Shown: positions 7,944 to 17,465, counted from the first letter of the stretch. The stretch is 19,960 nt of DNA from a virus (IMGVR_UViG_3300029337_000252:1-19960); one strand, 5' to 3'. Numbers and translations are program-made. Notes: generated from the sequence alone by a model not told the origin.

Positions 7944-8678
7944 ATGTCTGACCACACTATCCCTGAATATCTGCAACCCGCACTGGCACAACTGGAAAAG
8001 GCCAGAGCCGCCCATCTTGAGAACGCCCGCCTGATGGATGAGACCGTCACGGCCATTGAACGGGCAGAGCAGGAAAAAAATGCGCTGGCGCAGGCCGACG
8101 GAAACGACGCTGACGACTGGCGCACGGCCTTTCGTGCAGCCGGTGGTGTCCTGAGCGACGAGCTGAAACAGCGCCACATTGAGCGCGTGGCACGCCGGGA
8201 GCTGGTACAGGAATATGACAATCTGGCCGTGGTGCTGAATTTTGAACGCGAACGCCTGAAAGGGGCGTGTGACAGCACGGCCACCGCCTACCGGAAGGCA
8301 CATCATCACCTTCTGAGTCTGTATGCAGAGCATGAGCTGGAACACGCCCTGAATGAAACCTGTGAGGCGCTTGTCCGGGCAATGCATCTGAGCATTCTGG
8401 TACAGGAAAATCCGCTCGCCAACACCACCGGCCATCAGGGCTACGTCGCACCGGAAAAGGCTGTCATGCAGCAGGTGAAATCATCGCTGGAACAGAAAAT
8501 TAAACAGATGCAAATCAGCCTCACCGGCGAGCCGGTTCTCCGGCTGACCGGACTGTCAGCGGCAACACTTCCTCACATGGATTATGAGGTGGCAGGCACA
8601 CCGGCACAGCGCAAGGTGTGGCAGGACAAAATAGACCAGCAGGGAGCAGTGCTTAAGGCCAGAGGACTGCTGTCATGA
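7944..8678 (+). CDS. sid: Sid, capsid size determination (external scaffold) protein, 244 aa
   Basis: Start moved to the ATG at 7944 (GAGGAG SD upstream) rather than the track's 7926; length then matches P4 Sid. First gene of a sid-delta-psu operon. Confidence 0.9.
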   Translation: MSDHTIPEYLQPALAQLEKARAAHLENARLMDETVTAIERAEQEKNALAQADGNDADDWRTAFRAAGGVLSDELKQRHIERVARRELVQEYDNLAVVLNFERERLKGACDSTATAYRKAHHHLLSLYAEHELEHALNETCEALVRAMHLSILVQENPLANTTGHQGYVAPEKAVMQQVKSSLEQKIKQMQISLTGEPVLRLTGLSAATLPHMDYEVAGTPAQRKVWQDKIDQQGAVLKARGLLS

Positions 8679-9175
8679 TTTACTGCCCGTCGTGTGGACA
8701 TGTTGCTCACACCCGCCGCGCACATTTCATGGACGATGGCACCAAGATAATGATTGCACAGTGCCGGAATATTTATTGCTCTGCGACATTTGAAGCGAGT
8801 GAAAGCTTTTTCTCTGACAGTAAAGATTCAGGAATGGAATACATTTCAGGCAAACAGAGATACCGCGATTCACTGACGTCAGCCTCCGGCAGTATGAAAC
8901 GCCCGAAAAGAATGCTTGTTACCGGATATTGTTGTCGGAGATGTAAAGGCCTTGCGCTGTCAAGAACATCGCGGCGTCTGTCTCAGGAAGTCACCGAGCG
9001 TTTTTATGTGTGCACGGATCCGGGCTGTGGTCTGGTGTTTAAAACGCTTCAGACCATCAACCGTTTCATTGTCCGCCCGGTCACGCCGGACGAACTGGCA
9101 GAAAGCCTGCATGAAAAACAGGAACTGCCGCCAGTACGCTTAAAAACACAATCATATTCGCTGCGTCTGGAATGA
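8675..9175 (+). CDS. delta: Delta, late-gene transcriptional activator (tandem Ogr-like zinc fingers), 166 aa
   Basis: Two Ogr-type zinc-finger halves (CPSCGH..C..C and CRRCKG..C..C); ATGA overlap with the sid stop. Confidence 0.9.
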   Translation: MIYCPSCGHVAHTRRAHFMDDGTKIMIAQCRNIYCSATFEASESFFSDSKDSGMEYISGKQRYRDSLTSASGSMKRPKRMLVTGYCCRRCKGLALSRTSRRLSQEVTERFYVCTDPGCGLVFKTLQTINRFIVRPVTPDELAESLHEKQELPPVRLKTQSYSLRLE

Positions 9176-9248
9176 GGGCTGCCGGTTAACACCGGCCGTC
9201 GCCGCACACCGTATTTTTATTCTTCAGCATGATGAGAAAGAGATAACG

Positions 9249-9821
9249 ATGGAAAGCACAGCCTTACAGCAGGCCTTTGACACCTGTCAGAATAACAAAG
9301 CAGCATGGCTGCAACGCAAAAATGAGCTGGCAGCGGCCGAACAGGAATATCTGCGGCTTCTGTCAGGAGAAGGCAGAAACGTCAGTCGCCTGGACGAATT
9401 ACGCAATATTATCGAAGTCAGAAAATGGCAGGTGAATCAGGCCGCCGGTCGTTATATTCGTTCGCATGAAGCCGTTCAGCACATCAGCATCCGCGACCGG
9501 CTGAATGATTTTATGCAGCAGCACGGCACAGCACTGGCGGCGGCACTGGCACCGGAGCTGATGGGCTACAGTGAGCTGACGGCCATTGCCCGAAACTGTG
9601 CCATACAGCGTGCCACAGATGCCCTGCGTGAAGCCCTTCTGTCCTGGCTTGCGAAGGGTGAAAAAATTAATTATTCCGCACAGGATAGCGACATTTTAAC
9701 GACCATCGGATTCAGGCCTGACGTGGCTTCGGTGGATGACAGCCGTGAAAAATTCACCCCTGCGCAGAACATGATTTTTTCGCGTAAAAGTGCGCAACTG
9801 GCATCACGTCAGTCAGTGTAA
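9249..9821 (+). CDS. psu: Psu, polarity suppression (anti-Rho, capsid decoration) protein, 190 aa
   Basis: Length and position (last gene of the sid operon, just before cos) match P4 Psu. Confidence 0.9.
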   Translation: MESTALQQAFDTCQNNKAAWLQRKNELAAAEQEYLRLLSGEGRNVSRLDELRNIIEVRKWQVNQAAGRYIRSHEAVQHISIRDRLNDFMQQHGTALAAALAPELMGYSELTAIARNCAIQRATDALREALLSWLAKGEKINYSAQDSDILTTIGFRPDVASVDDSREKFTPAQNMIFSRKSAQLASRQSV

Positions 9822-9856
9822 AATTCCCCGAAAATCCGCCCGTTTTTACTGAAAAA

Positions 9857-9895
9857 AGCCATGCATCGATAAGGTGCATGGCTTTGCATGCGTTT
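9857..9895 (+). terminator. Terminator-like hairpin after psu
   Basis: 9-bp stem (AGCCATGCA / TGCATGGCT) with a T-rich tail; A-run upstream, so possibly bidirectional. Confidence 0.45.
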
Positions 9896-9985
9896 TCCTG
9901 CCTCATTTTCTGCAAACCGCGCCATTCCCGGCGCGGTCTGAGCGTGTCAGTGCAACTGCATTAAAACCGCCCCGCAAAGCGGGCG

Positions 9986-10004
9986 GGCGAGGCGGGGAAA
10001 GCAC
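9986..10004. other. cos site (19-nt P2/P4-type cohesive end)
   Basis: GGCGAGGCGGGGAAAGCAC matches the P2/P4 cohesive end as I recall it; flanked by a GC-rich dyad (CCGCCCCGC AAA GCGGGCGG). Confidence 0.8.
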
Positions 10005-10238
10005 TGCGCGCGCAATCGAAAATTATGTGTTTGATAATTAAAACATTCTATATGCAGAAACATCACTGCCTATGGATAGCTTCTACTGCCGAACACACAC
10101 TAATCATCAAAATATCGCACTAAAGCACCCCAATATTATTAAAAGAAAAATACCAAGCAGAATTATCCCTTTCCATATTGAACGTTCGTTGATCTTATAG
10201 TGATAAGTTGCTAATCTCCATTAAAAAAGGAGATAACA

Positions 10239-11165
10239 ATGCACGCTTTAGCACCGTATCTTTTCCGCTGCTACAATCCGAACGCAGCCAAAGAACAACG
10301 TTATTCAGCACTGAGTAACATCAGAGAACATGATTTACTTGATATACTCGATGAATTTATTAAGCAGTATAATGAAGAATATATCCTTTCTGAAGAAACC
10401 AAACAAGTTTTTCGTTTTAATGAGATTACACGCGATAACAACAATCGAGAAATATATGGATGGTTCGAGTCTGGATATTACGGAACAAAGACCGACATAA
10501 TAAACATTGAAACTGGCGATGTAGACTTCGAAAAGACAAAAAACAATGCTGAAATAATTAGATATTACATACATTTTTATATTCCTAGAGATGTAAATGA
10601 AGGCATGGCGTTTTTACATACCTATAGAGGTGATGGTATAAAAACTCTTTTTATGAGATTGTTTTCAGATTATTTCAAGAGGGTTACCAACTTAGTGATT
10701 CAAATGAACCCTCTGGCGTATGATAAAGCGATTGAAAAATGGATGAATGCCATTACCAAAGAAATCAAGGTAACTAAATTCCATGGCATTACAGATGTAG
10801 CTGAACAAGCCAAAAAGCTAGGCCATAACGAGCAAGAATTAATTATCAAACCGCCTCGAAATGCAGGACTTGGAAGACTTCGAGACTATTTCTCCAGAGG
10901 CTCGGAGCAATATCAACTCGTTGAAGTCCTTAAAGAATATGGAGAAACAGTAAAAACAGTTGTTGAATTAGATAATGGCAGAAAAAGAACTTTTCATATT
11001 GGAACAACAGCAAGGGGAGCTGTATGTGAAATTTTATTTGATGAAGAACAAGTTGTTTTTTATGATGGCATGCCGGAAATAGCATCACTAAATAATTTTG
11101 TTGATGTTATTATCATGGAATATATACAGTTGTTATATCGTGGTGTTACTATAAGGAGAGCGTAA
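10239..11165 (+). CDS. Hypothetical soluble protein, 308 aa (cargo gene A, candidate sensor of a defence module)
   Basis: AAGGAGA SD 7 nt upstream; about 30% GC by eye; no Walker A, HNH, TOPRIM, TIR or other motif I can recognise. Confidence 0.8.
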   Translation: MHALAPYLFRCYNPNAAKEQRYSALSNIREHDLLDILDEFIKQYNEEYILSEETKQVFRFNEITRDNNNREIYGWFESGYYGTKTDIINIETGDVDFEKTKNNAEIIRYYIHFYIPRDVNEGMAFLHTYRGDGIKTLFMRLFSDYFKRVTNLVIQMNPLAYDKAIEKWMNAITKEIKVTKFHGITDVAEQAKKLGHNEQELIIKPPRNAGLGRLRDYFSRGSEQYQLVEVLKEYGETVKTVVELDNGRKRTFHIGTTARGAVCEILFDEEQVVFYDGMPEIASLNNFVDVIIMEYIQLLYRGVTIRRA

Positions 11166-11749
11166 TGAGTTCAAAGATAAATATATGCGAAGTTCTTATA
11201 GGCCACTTCAGAACTTTAAAAAATGCTGACACTAATAAGATCAGTTTATGGGATATATTTACATTCATAATACTACCATTTATTATTGCTGCCGCATTCT
11301 CACTCCTTGGAAGTGGTATAACAAAAGATTTAATATCATTATTAGTTAATTTCAGTGCAATACTAACAGCATTACTGCTTAGCGTTCTTGTTTTAGTATA
11401 TGATCAAGAATCAAAAATAAGACAAAGAAAAGATATTGATACATTCTATGAATCAAAGAAAGCATTACTCACTGAACTTTATTATAACATTTGTTATTCA
11501 ATTTTATGTGGAGTTTTGTTAGTCGTGTTGTGTTTTATAGTATCACTGTTTCCTGTCAATCAATCAGGATTCTTTTACGGCAAAACACATGAATATTATG
11601 TCAGCATAATAAACACAACTCTAAAATTAAATGTGTTATACTATTTTTTATGCCCACTCATAATATATGTTTGCGTACATTTAATTTTGAATATCATTAT
11701 GATTGTTAAAAGAATGCACGCACTCTTAACTCTTGATGTGAATGATTAG
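11165..11749 (+). CDS. Hypothetical 4-helix membrane protein, 194 aa (cargo gene B, candidate membrane effector)
   Basis: TAATG stop/start overlap with gene A. Four hydrophobic segments (about aa 27-51, 55-79, 104-129, 155-181); about 30% GC. Confidence 0.8.
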   Translation: MSSKINICEVLIGHFRTLKNADTNKISLWDIFTFIILPFIIAAAFSLLGSGITKDLISLLVNFSAILTALLLSVLVLVYDQESKIRQRKDIDTFYESKKALLTELYYNICYSILCGVLLVVLCFIVSLFPVNQSGFFYGKTHEYYVSIINTTLKLNVLYYFLCPLIIYVCVHLILNIIMIVKRMHALLTLDVND

Positions 11750-11759
11750 CTTTTAAATT

Positions 11760-11797
11760 AACCTAGCCAGCGAGACTACAAAAATTCTGGCTAGGTT
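11760..11797. terminator. Bidirectional terminator hairpin between cargo operon and int
   Basis: Perfect 11-bp stem (AACCTAGCCAG / CTGGCTAGGTT), 16-nt loop, A/T-rich flanks, between convergent stop codons. Confidence 0.55.
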
Positions 11798-11803
11798 AAA
11801 ATA

Positions 11804-12191
11804 CTATTTAAGTTGTCTAGCAAAATCATATGGTGTAATACTTTCTTTCTTATTTCTATCTAAATAATCTGCCCACCACTGTATCATTAAACGCCTTTCG
11901 TCTAAATGCTCAGATGTATGAATATAAGCAGCACGTACATTATTACGTTCTGAGTGACTTAGCTGACGTTCAATCGCATCATCACTCCATAAGCCTGATT
12001 CCCCTAATGCTCCACGCGCCATCGTTCTAAACCCGTGCCCGCAAACTTCGGTTTTCGTGTCATAGCCCATCGCACGCAATGCGCTATTTACTGTATTTTC
12101 ACTCATAACCTTAGTTGCGTCATGATCCCCCGGAAAAAGCAGTTCTTTATCACCACTAATCTGCTTTAACTGGTTTAGCTGCGTATTTTCA
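11804..12191 (-). pseudogene. int: P4-type tyrosine integrase, 3' fragment (C-terminal about 125 aa), N-terminal part removed at the IS junction
   Basis: Carries the C-terminal catalytic box (HGFRTMARGALGE ... RQLSHSERNNVRAAYIH). The reading frame runs into the IS left end at about 12192, and the first codons of the track ORF are IS-derived. Confidence 0.85.
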
Positions 12192-12372
12192 TGAAAGGAG
12201 ATCACTCAATAACTTCCATCGAGATCGGGTAATAACATTTGAACAGATCGCTGAATAACATCGATGGAGATCACTTTTGACTCATTTTGTTATTCAGTGA
12301 TCTCCATCAATGTTATTGGAACTTCACAGGTGTGTTGATCTGTATCTTTTGCCATTCCGGTAAAGGATACCT

Positions 12373-13914
12373 ATGCCAACAGTTCCAATTTCTATGAGAA
12401 AACTTAAAGAAATTCTTAGGCTTAAATACGGTGTTGGACTCAGCCATCGACAAATTGGTCGTAGTCTTGCAATCTCCCCTTCCGTTGTATCCAGATATGC
12501 TAATCGGGCGGCTCAACTTGGCATAAAGCAGTGGCCCTTACCTACAGGATGGGATGATACAAAACTAAAACATGCGTTCCTTCAGACCCAGGTTAAGATG
12601 AAGAAGCACTCTCTGCCTGACTGGGCTACAGTACACCGGGAACTGCGTAATAAATGCGTGACGCTGCAGCTACTCTGGGAAGAATACTGTGAGCGTAATC
12701 CAGGCGGTTTTTACAGCTATAACCATTACTGCCGGATGTACCGTGAATGGCTCAAAACCACTTCACCATCAATGCGTCAGGTACATAAAGCTGGCGAAAA
12801 ACTTTTCGTTGATTACTGTGGACCTACCGTTGGCGTTACCGACCCTGAGACCGGAGAAATAAGAACTGCTCAGGTCATCGTAGCTGTTCTCGGGGCATCA
12901 AGTTACACATGGGCAGAGGCCACCTGGTCTCAGCAGCTTGAAGACTGGGTGATGAGTCATGTTCGCTGCTTCCAGTGGTTGGGTGGCGTTCCTGAACTTG
13001 TTGTTCCGGACAATCTGAAAAGCGCCACATCCAGGGCATGTAAGTATGATCCTGACGTTAACCCTACCTACCAGCAGATGCTTGAGCATTATAATGTCGC
13101 AGTTTTGCCTGCGCGGCCACGTAAACCGAAAGATAAAGCCAAAGCTGAAGTTGGCGTTCAGGTTGTTGAACGCTGGATCATGGCCCGAATCAGGCATGAG
13201 ATCTTCTACAGCCTTGCATCGCTTAATCAGCGCATTCGGGAGTTGCTGGAAAGACTGAATAACAAAATAATGCAGAAGTTGGGTTATTCACGTGCAGAAC
13301 TCTTCATCCAGCTTGATAAACCCGCACTGAAGCCTCTTCCTGAAGCCAGTTACAGTTACACCCTGGTGAAGAAAGTCAGAGTTCATGCCGATTACCACGT
13401 GGAAATCGACAAACATTACTACTCGGTTCCATGTTCGCTGTTAGGCCAGCAACTGGAAGCATGGATCTCCGGAGAACTGGTAAGACTCTTCAATCAGGGG
13501 CAGGAGGTTGCTGTGCACCCGCGCAAGCGTACTTATGGCTACAGTACCCGCAACGAGCACATGCCTGAAGCTCATCGACAGCATGCCACCTGGACGCCAG
13601 AGCGTCTTCTGGAATGGGCGGGGCACATAGGCAGTGAAACTCATAGTTATGTGCTTCATATACTGAACTCTCGTCCACATCCGGAACAAAGCTATCGCTT
13701 CTGCCTTGGACTCCTGAACCTTCATAAAAAATACAGTAAAGCCAGACTTAATGCAGCATGTGCAAGAGCTCTGAAAACAAAGGTATGGCGTCTGTCAGGT
13801 ATTAAATCGATCCTGGAAAAAGGTCTGGATAAACAACCTGTTCAGGATCCAAAACCAGATCTGTTATCCACGATGGAACACGAAAACGTACGCGGCAGTG
13901 AGTATTACCACTGA
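12373..13914 (+). CDS. istA: IS21-family transposase IstA, 513 aa
   Basis: N-terminal helix-turn-helix, large size, followed 12 nt later by an IstB-type ATPase gene. Confidence 0.9.
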   Translation: MPTVPISMRKLKEILRLKYGVGLSHRQIGRSLAISPSVVSRYANRAAQLGIKQWPLPTGWDDTKLKHAFLQTQVKMKKHSLPDWATVHRELRNKCVTLQLLWEEYCERNPGGFYSYNHYCRMYREWLKTTSPSMRQVHKAGEKLFVDYCGPTVGVTDPETGEIRTAQVIVAVLGASSYTWAEATWSQQLEDWVMSHVRCFQWLGGVPELVVPDNLKSATSRACKYDPDVNPTYQQMLEHYNVAVLPARPRKPKDKAKAEVGVQVVERWIMARIRHEIFYSLASLNQRIRELLERLNNKIMQKLGYSRAELFIQLDKPALKPLPEASYSYTLVKKVRVHADYHVEIDKHYYSVPCSLLGQQLEAWISGELVRLFNQGQEVAVHPRKRTYGYSTRNEHMPEAHRQHATWTPERLLEWAGHIGSETHSYVLHILNSRPHPEQSYRFCLGLLNLHKKYSKARLNAACARALKTKVWRLSGIKSILEKGLDKQPVQDPKPDLLSTMEHENVRGSEYYH

Positions 13915-13925
13915 TACGGGATCCA

Positions 13926-14675
13926 ATGATGAATCATCTTTACGAACAACTGACCGCACTTAAACTCACCGGCTTCCGTGATGCGCTTAAAAAGCAACTT
14001 GCTCAGCCGGGCACATACCAGGAGCTGGGCTTCGAAGAACGCCTGTCATTACTGACAGCAGAAGAACTAACCTGCCGTGAAAACAGGAAGGCAGAGCGTC
14101 TGATCAAACATGCACGGTTCAGACTTAATGCTGAGTTATCAAAGCTGGATTATCGTAACAATAGAGGGCTGGACAGGGCCTTCATCCGTTCACTCAGTCA
14201 GGGAAACTGGTTAACCCTGAAACAAAATATTTTACTGACCGGGGCCACCGGCAGCGGTAAAACGTTCCTGGCATGTGCACTTGGTCATAATGCCTGCCGA
14301 CAGGGATACAAGGTCTACTATTATCGCCTTAAAGCGCTGATGGAACAGTGCTATCAGGGGCATGCTGATGGAAGATACAGCAAACTTTTGACCAGGCTGA
14401 ATAATAGCGATCTGCTGCTTCTGGATGACTGGGGGCTGGAACCTCTCTCATCAGAACAGCGTAGCGACCTGCTGGAAATAGTGGATCTGATGTACCAACG
14501 AGGCTCAATCATCGTAGTGAGCCAGTTGCCGGTGGAAAACTGGTACAAAATGATCGGAGACTCCACACATGCGGATGCCATCCTAGATCGACTGGTTCAT
14601 GGCAGTATCAAGATCGAACTTAAAGGAGAATCAATGCGGAAAATACAATCTCCGTTGACCGAAGGAGATCAGTGA
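13926..14675 (+). CDS. istB: IS21-family helper ATPase IstB, 249 aa
   Basis: Walker A (GATGSGKTFLACALG) and Walker B (LLLLDDWG) of the DnaC/IstB AAA+ family. Confidence 0.9.
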   Translation: MMNHLYEQLTALKLTGFRDALKKQLAQPGTYQELGFEERLSLLTAEELTCRENRKAERLIKHARFRLNAELSKLDYRNNRGLDRAFIRSLSQGNWLTLKQNILLTGATGSGKTFLACALGHNACRQGYKVYYYRLKALMEQCYQGHADGRYSKLLTRLNNSDLLLLDDWGLEPLSSEQRSDLLEIVDLMYQRGSIIVVSQLPVENWYKMIGDSTHADAILDRLVHGSIKIELKGESMRKIQSPLTEGDQ

Positions 14676-14745
14676 AGGTAATTTAAAAACGGTTCTGTGA
14701 AAGTGACACGAACCGATCTCCATCGATGTTACTCACCGATCTCCT

Positions 14746-15183
14746 TCACGGTAATACGCAAAAAGTTAGCTGGATTCTTAGGCCATTAGAAATTCCAACA
14801 TCTTTAGAGGCTTTAAAACTCGTAATAATGGAATCGTCAATTTTAATTCCGTCTCGACAGATGACCGAAATAATTTGCTTCTGGTCACGCCAGCTTTCCA
14901 GAGTGTCGATGAAGTTTTCCACCAGCTTATTATCTCTTGAGATGAGGATACTACCGGATTCACCAACCACAACCACACCACTGATTGAAATAGTTCTGGG
15001 TGAACGCATTACATTATCTGTGACAGCCTGCCCTGATTGCATATTTTGAGTGGTAACCATCATAGGGCTATCAAATTCCATGTTCTCAGTAGCTGATAGT
15101 GACAAGAAATTATCTGGTTGGCCTTGTAGATGGAAGTAAACACCATCTTTGCCACTGTAACGAAGCTGATTAGTGTAAATCAT
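14746..15183 (-). CDS. Phage tail component downstream of the tape measure gene, truncated at its 3' end by the IS (145 aa as read)
   Basis: Start set at the ATG with an AAGGAGA SD (track ORF begins 7 codons earlier at TTG). Its stop codon is supplied by the last 3 nt of the IS right end. Confidence 0.5.
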   Translation of the reverse strand: MIYTNQLRYSGKDGVYFHLQGQPDNFLSLSATENMEFDSPMMVTTQNMQSGQAVTDNVMRSPRTISISGVVVVGESGSILISRDNKLVENFIDTLESWRDQKQIISVICRDGIKIDDSIITSFKASKDVGISNGLRIQLTFCVLP

Positions 15184-15341
15184 TAAATTCTCCTTTGATT
15201 TCAAAGGCTTAGTGTATTTTAAGTATTTTTAACTAATCCTTTGATATATAAGTGTTTTCTCTGTTAAGCGTGAGCTACGTGAAAAATAATTTTTTAGTGT
15301 GGGTATTAACTTTGCTTTATTCACGTAGCATTCGACTATTA

Positions 15342-17381
15342 TCAATCATCTTCTGGGAATGATGAACTTAATAGCGTAGCTTCTGCGTATTGGTCGTAGA
15401 TATTACCGCTAAAGGTCATAAAGCTGGTTTCATCTGGTTTAATGGCAACTTCACCACCAAGTGAAACTTTCACAGGCTCCTGAATACGTTTACTCAAAGC
15501 GGAGATTTCATCTCTCAGGCTTTGGATATCTGCACTCGTTAATGCTGAATCTTGCTTAATGTTGTTTAATTCTGGATGCTGGAAGTTAGCAAGATTCATG
15601 GCAGCACTATTAAACCACCCTTTAACATCATCCATAGTGAAAGCGGGTTTAAGTCCAGACTCTTTAGCTAGCTCTGGTAATTTAGCTTGTGCTTCCATTC
15701 GTTCAGGCGTAGAAGCTAATCTCTCATAACCTGCATAGATTGCACTACCAGTTAATAGCATATTCCCAAGATTAAACCTTGATGGTTTCCCGTTCTTTTT
15801 ATTTACGTTATCTGCTGTAGTATCAGCGACCTGACCTAATCTTGTGATAGCAGTCATAAGCCCGTAAATACTTCTAGTTACACCAACAACTTTATTTACA
15901 GCAATAACACCAGCCAAGACTTTTAAACTATTAATCAAGCCAGAACCTAAAGCATCAACAACTTTCTTTTGTTCATCGGTTAAACCACGATAAGCTAATG
16001 TCACCTCATCAAAGAACGCTCTCACCCTGTAACTAATATAAGTCAGGTTATCGATACCATGTGACATATCACTCATCAAGCTACCAAGACTTTCACCTAA
16101 TGTTTTACCACTTCCATCTAAACTATTTAAAAGCGTTGTTAAGCTTCGTGTAAAATCTTGCAGACCATTTTCAGAACCTTTGAAAATATCCGTTAATGAG
16201 TTATTCCAGGTATTCTTTAAGTTCCCTAACATTGTCTGCGTAGAGTCCTGAATAGCTTTCCAGCCACCTCTTGAATTAATCTGTGCACCAAGTTCTTTAG
16301 CAAACTTAGGGAGTGCATCAGAGGCTTTAACATCACCATTTTTCATCTTATCGAAAAGCTGTTTTTCAGTCAGACCTAAAGCCTTTGCAAATGCCTGAGT
16401 AGCACCCGGTAAAGCTTCAGATAATTGCCCCTTCAACTCCTCAGACATCACCTGCCCCTTAGAAGCCATCTGCGATACTGCGGTTAATGCTCTTTGAATC
16501 TGCTCATCTGAACGCCCCATTAGACGGGCATATCCAGTTAAGTTTTTAAATAATTCCTCTGAGCCTTCAAGACCCATCGTATTCTTTGCAGATGCACCGA
16601 ATGAGGCAAACTGAGCTTGTGTTTCGGTCGTGTCCATACCCGTGACTTGAGTTAAATCCTGAATGAACTTTTTAACCTGTGTACTTTGGTCACCGAATAC
16701 GAAATCAATACTTCTTTCCGATGATGCACGCTGTAAACCAACTTCCATAATCTTCTGATAACTGGCTAATACAGCTTGCATTGAGATAAATGCACCTGCT
16801 GTTTTAACTGCTGCTGAAGACAGGTTATCAAGACTATTAGCTGCTCTGTCACCATTAATGCTGGTGGATGTATGACCTCTGGCTTTAGCAATTGCTTCTC
16901 GTACACTTGAATTTAGTTTAGCAAGGGCTTCATTAAACTTGGTGTTATCCATCTGACCAGCTTTACTACTTAATGCGTAAAACTGGCTCTTAATGTATTT
17001 CTCGACAATTGGGTTAAGACCTTTCAGTTTGGTCATACTCGCTGAATAAGCTGCTGTGATTGCTCTGCTTCCGCTAATTCGTGGTTGCCTTGATTGTCTA
17101 AGTGGCTTTAAAGTATCCTCAATTTCCGTTTTAATCTTAAACGCTTTAGTGTTTTTAAGACGCTGCTCAATCTTGGAAACAGTTTTATCGACATTTCTTT
17201 CCATGACCTTGAGAGAATCATTTAAAGGCGTAGGATTAACTCTGAATGCTTTATTTAGTCGTTTTTCAATTCTTGATGCGATTTGCATCGTTTGTTTCTC
17301 GGCTTTTTCCAAGCCTTTTAAAACTTTCTGAGAGTTAAAACTTAACTCAATCAGGAAGTCATCAACTTTAAACTGTGCCAT
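15342..17381 (-). CDS. Phage tail tape measure protein, 679 aa
   Basis: Long, helix-rich, low in aromatics; central segment (GQVMSEELKGQLSEALPGATQAFAKALGLTEKQLFDKMKNG) resembles the conserved tape-measure core region. Confidence 0.8.
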   Translation of the reverse strand: MAQFKVDDFLIELSFNSQKVLKGLEKAEKQTMQIASRIEKRLNKAFRVNPTPLNDSLKVMERNVDKTVSKIEQRLKNTKAFKIKTEIEDTLKPLRQSRQPRISGSRAITAAYSASMTKLKGLNPIVEKYIKSQFYALSSKAGQMDNTKFNEALAKLNSSVREAIAKARGHTSTSINGDRAANSLDNLSSAAVKTAGAFISMQAVLASYQKIMEVGLQRASSERSIDFVFGDQSTQVKKFIQDLTQVTGMDTTETQAQFASFGASAKNTMGLEGSEELFKNLTGYARLMGRSDEQIQRALTAVSQMASKGQVMSEELKGQLSEALPGATQAFAKALGLTEKQLFDKMKNGDVKASDALPKFAKELGAQINSRGGWKAIQDSTQTMLGNLKNTWNNSLTDIFKGSENGLQDFTRSLTTLLNSLDGSGKTLGESLGSLMSDMSHGIDNLTYISYRVRAFFDEVTLAYRGLTDEQKKVVDALGSGLINSLKVLAGVIAVNKVVGVTRSIYGLMTAITRLGQVADTTADNVNKKNGKPSRFNLGNMLLTGSAIYAGYERLASTPERMEAQAKLPELAKESGLKPAFTMDDVKGWFNSAAMNLANFQHPELNNIKQDSALTSADIQSLRDEISALSKRIQEPVKVSLGGEVAIKPDETSFMTFSGNIYDQYAEATLLSSSFPEDD

Positions 17382-17465
17382 TATTCATATTCACCTCATA
17401 CAAAAAAGGGGAGGACCAACCAATTAAGGTTAATCTCTCCCCGTATTTACCCAACCAATTCTTTT

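Larger units (their letters stand above)
12192..14748 (+). mobile_element. IS21-family insertion sequence (istA-istB), about 2.56 kb
   Basis: Ends are imperfect inverted repeats starting TGAA(A)GGAGATC; internal multiple repeats of CATCGATGGAGATC-type motifs typical of IS21-family ends. No matching direct repeat flanks the two ends (TTTTCA vs CGGTAA). Confidence 0.85.

Noticed and set aside
7905-8451. Minus-strand ORFs (176, 122 and 134 aa) antisense to sid
   Set aside because: Fully contained within sid on the opposite strand, Arg/Ser/Ala-rich low-complexity products, no SD.
8916-9143. 75-aa plus-strand ORF inside delta in another frame
   Set aside because: Nested within the well-supported delta gene; no SD; basic low-complexity product.
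10335-10574. 79-aa minus-strand ORF inside cargo gene A
   Set aside because: Antisense to a strongly supported gene in AT-rich DNA; Ile/Phe/Tyr-rich product typical of AT-rich antisense frames.
12313-12516. 67-aa minus-strand ORF across the IS left end and the istA start
   Set aside because: Overlaps the IS terminal repeats and the istA N-terminus on the opposite strand; typical spurious ORF at IS ends.
14726-15049. 107-aa plus-strand and 67-aa minus-strand ORFs overlapping the truncated tail gene
   Set aside because: Alternative frames of the same DNA with no SD, and one begins inside the IS end; the tail-gene frame has a good SD and is contiguous with the tape measure operon.
17056-17331. 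91-aa plus-strand ORF inside the tape measure gene
   Set aside because: Antisense to the tape measure protein, hydrophobic low-complexity product, no SD.
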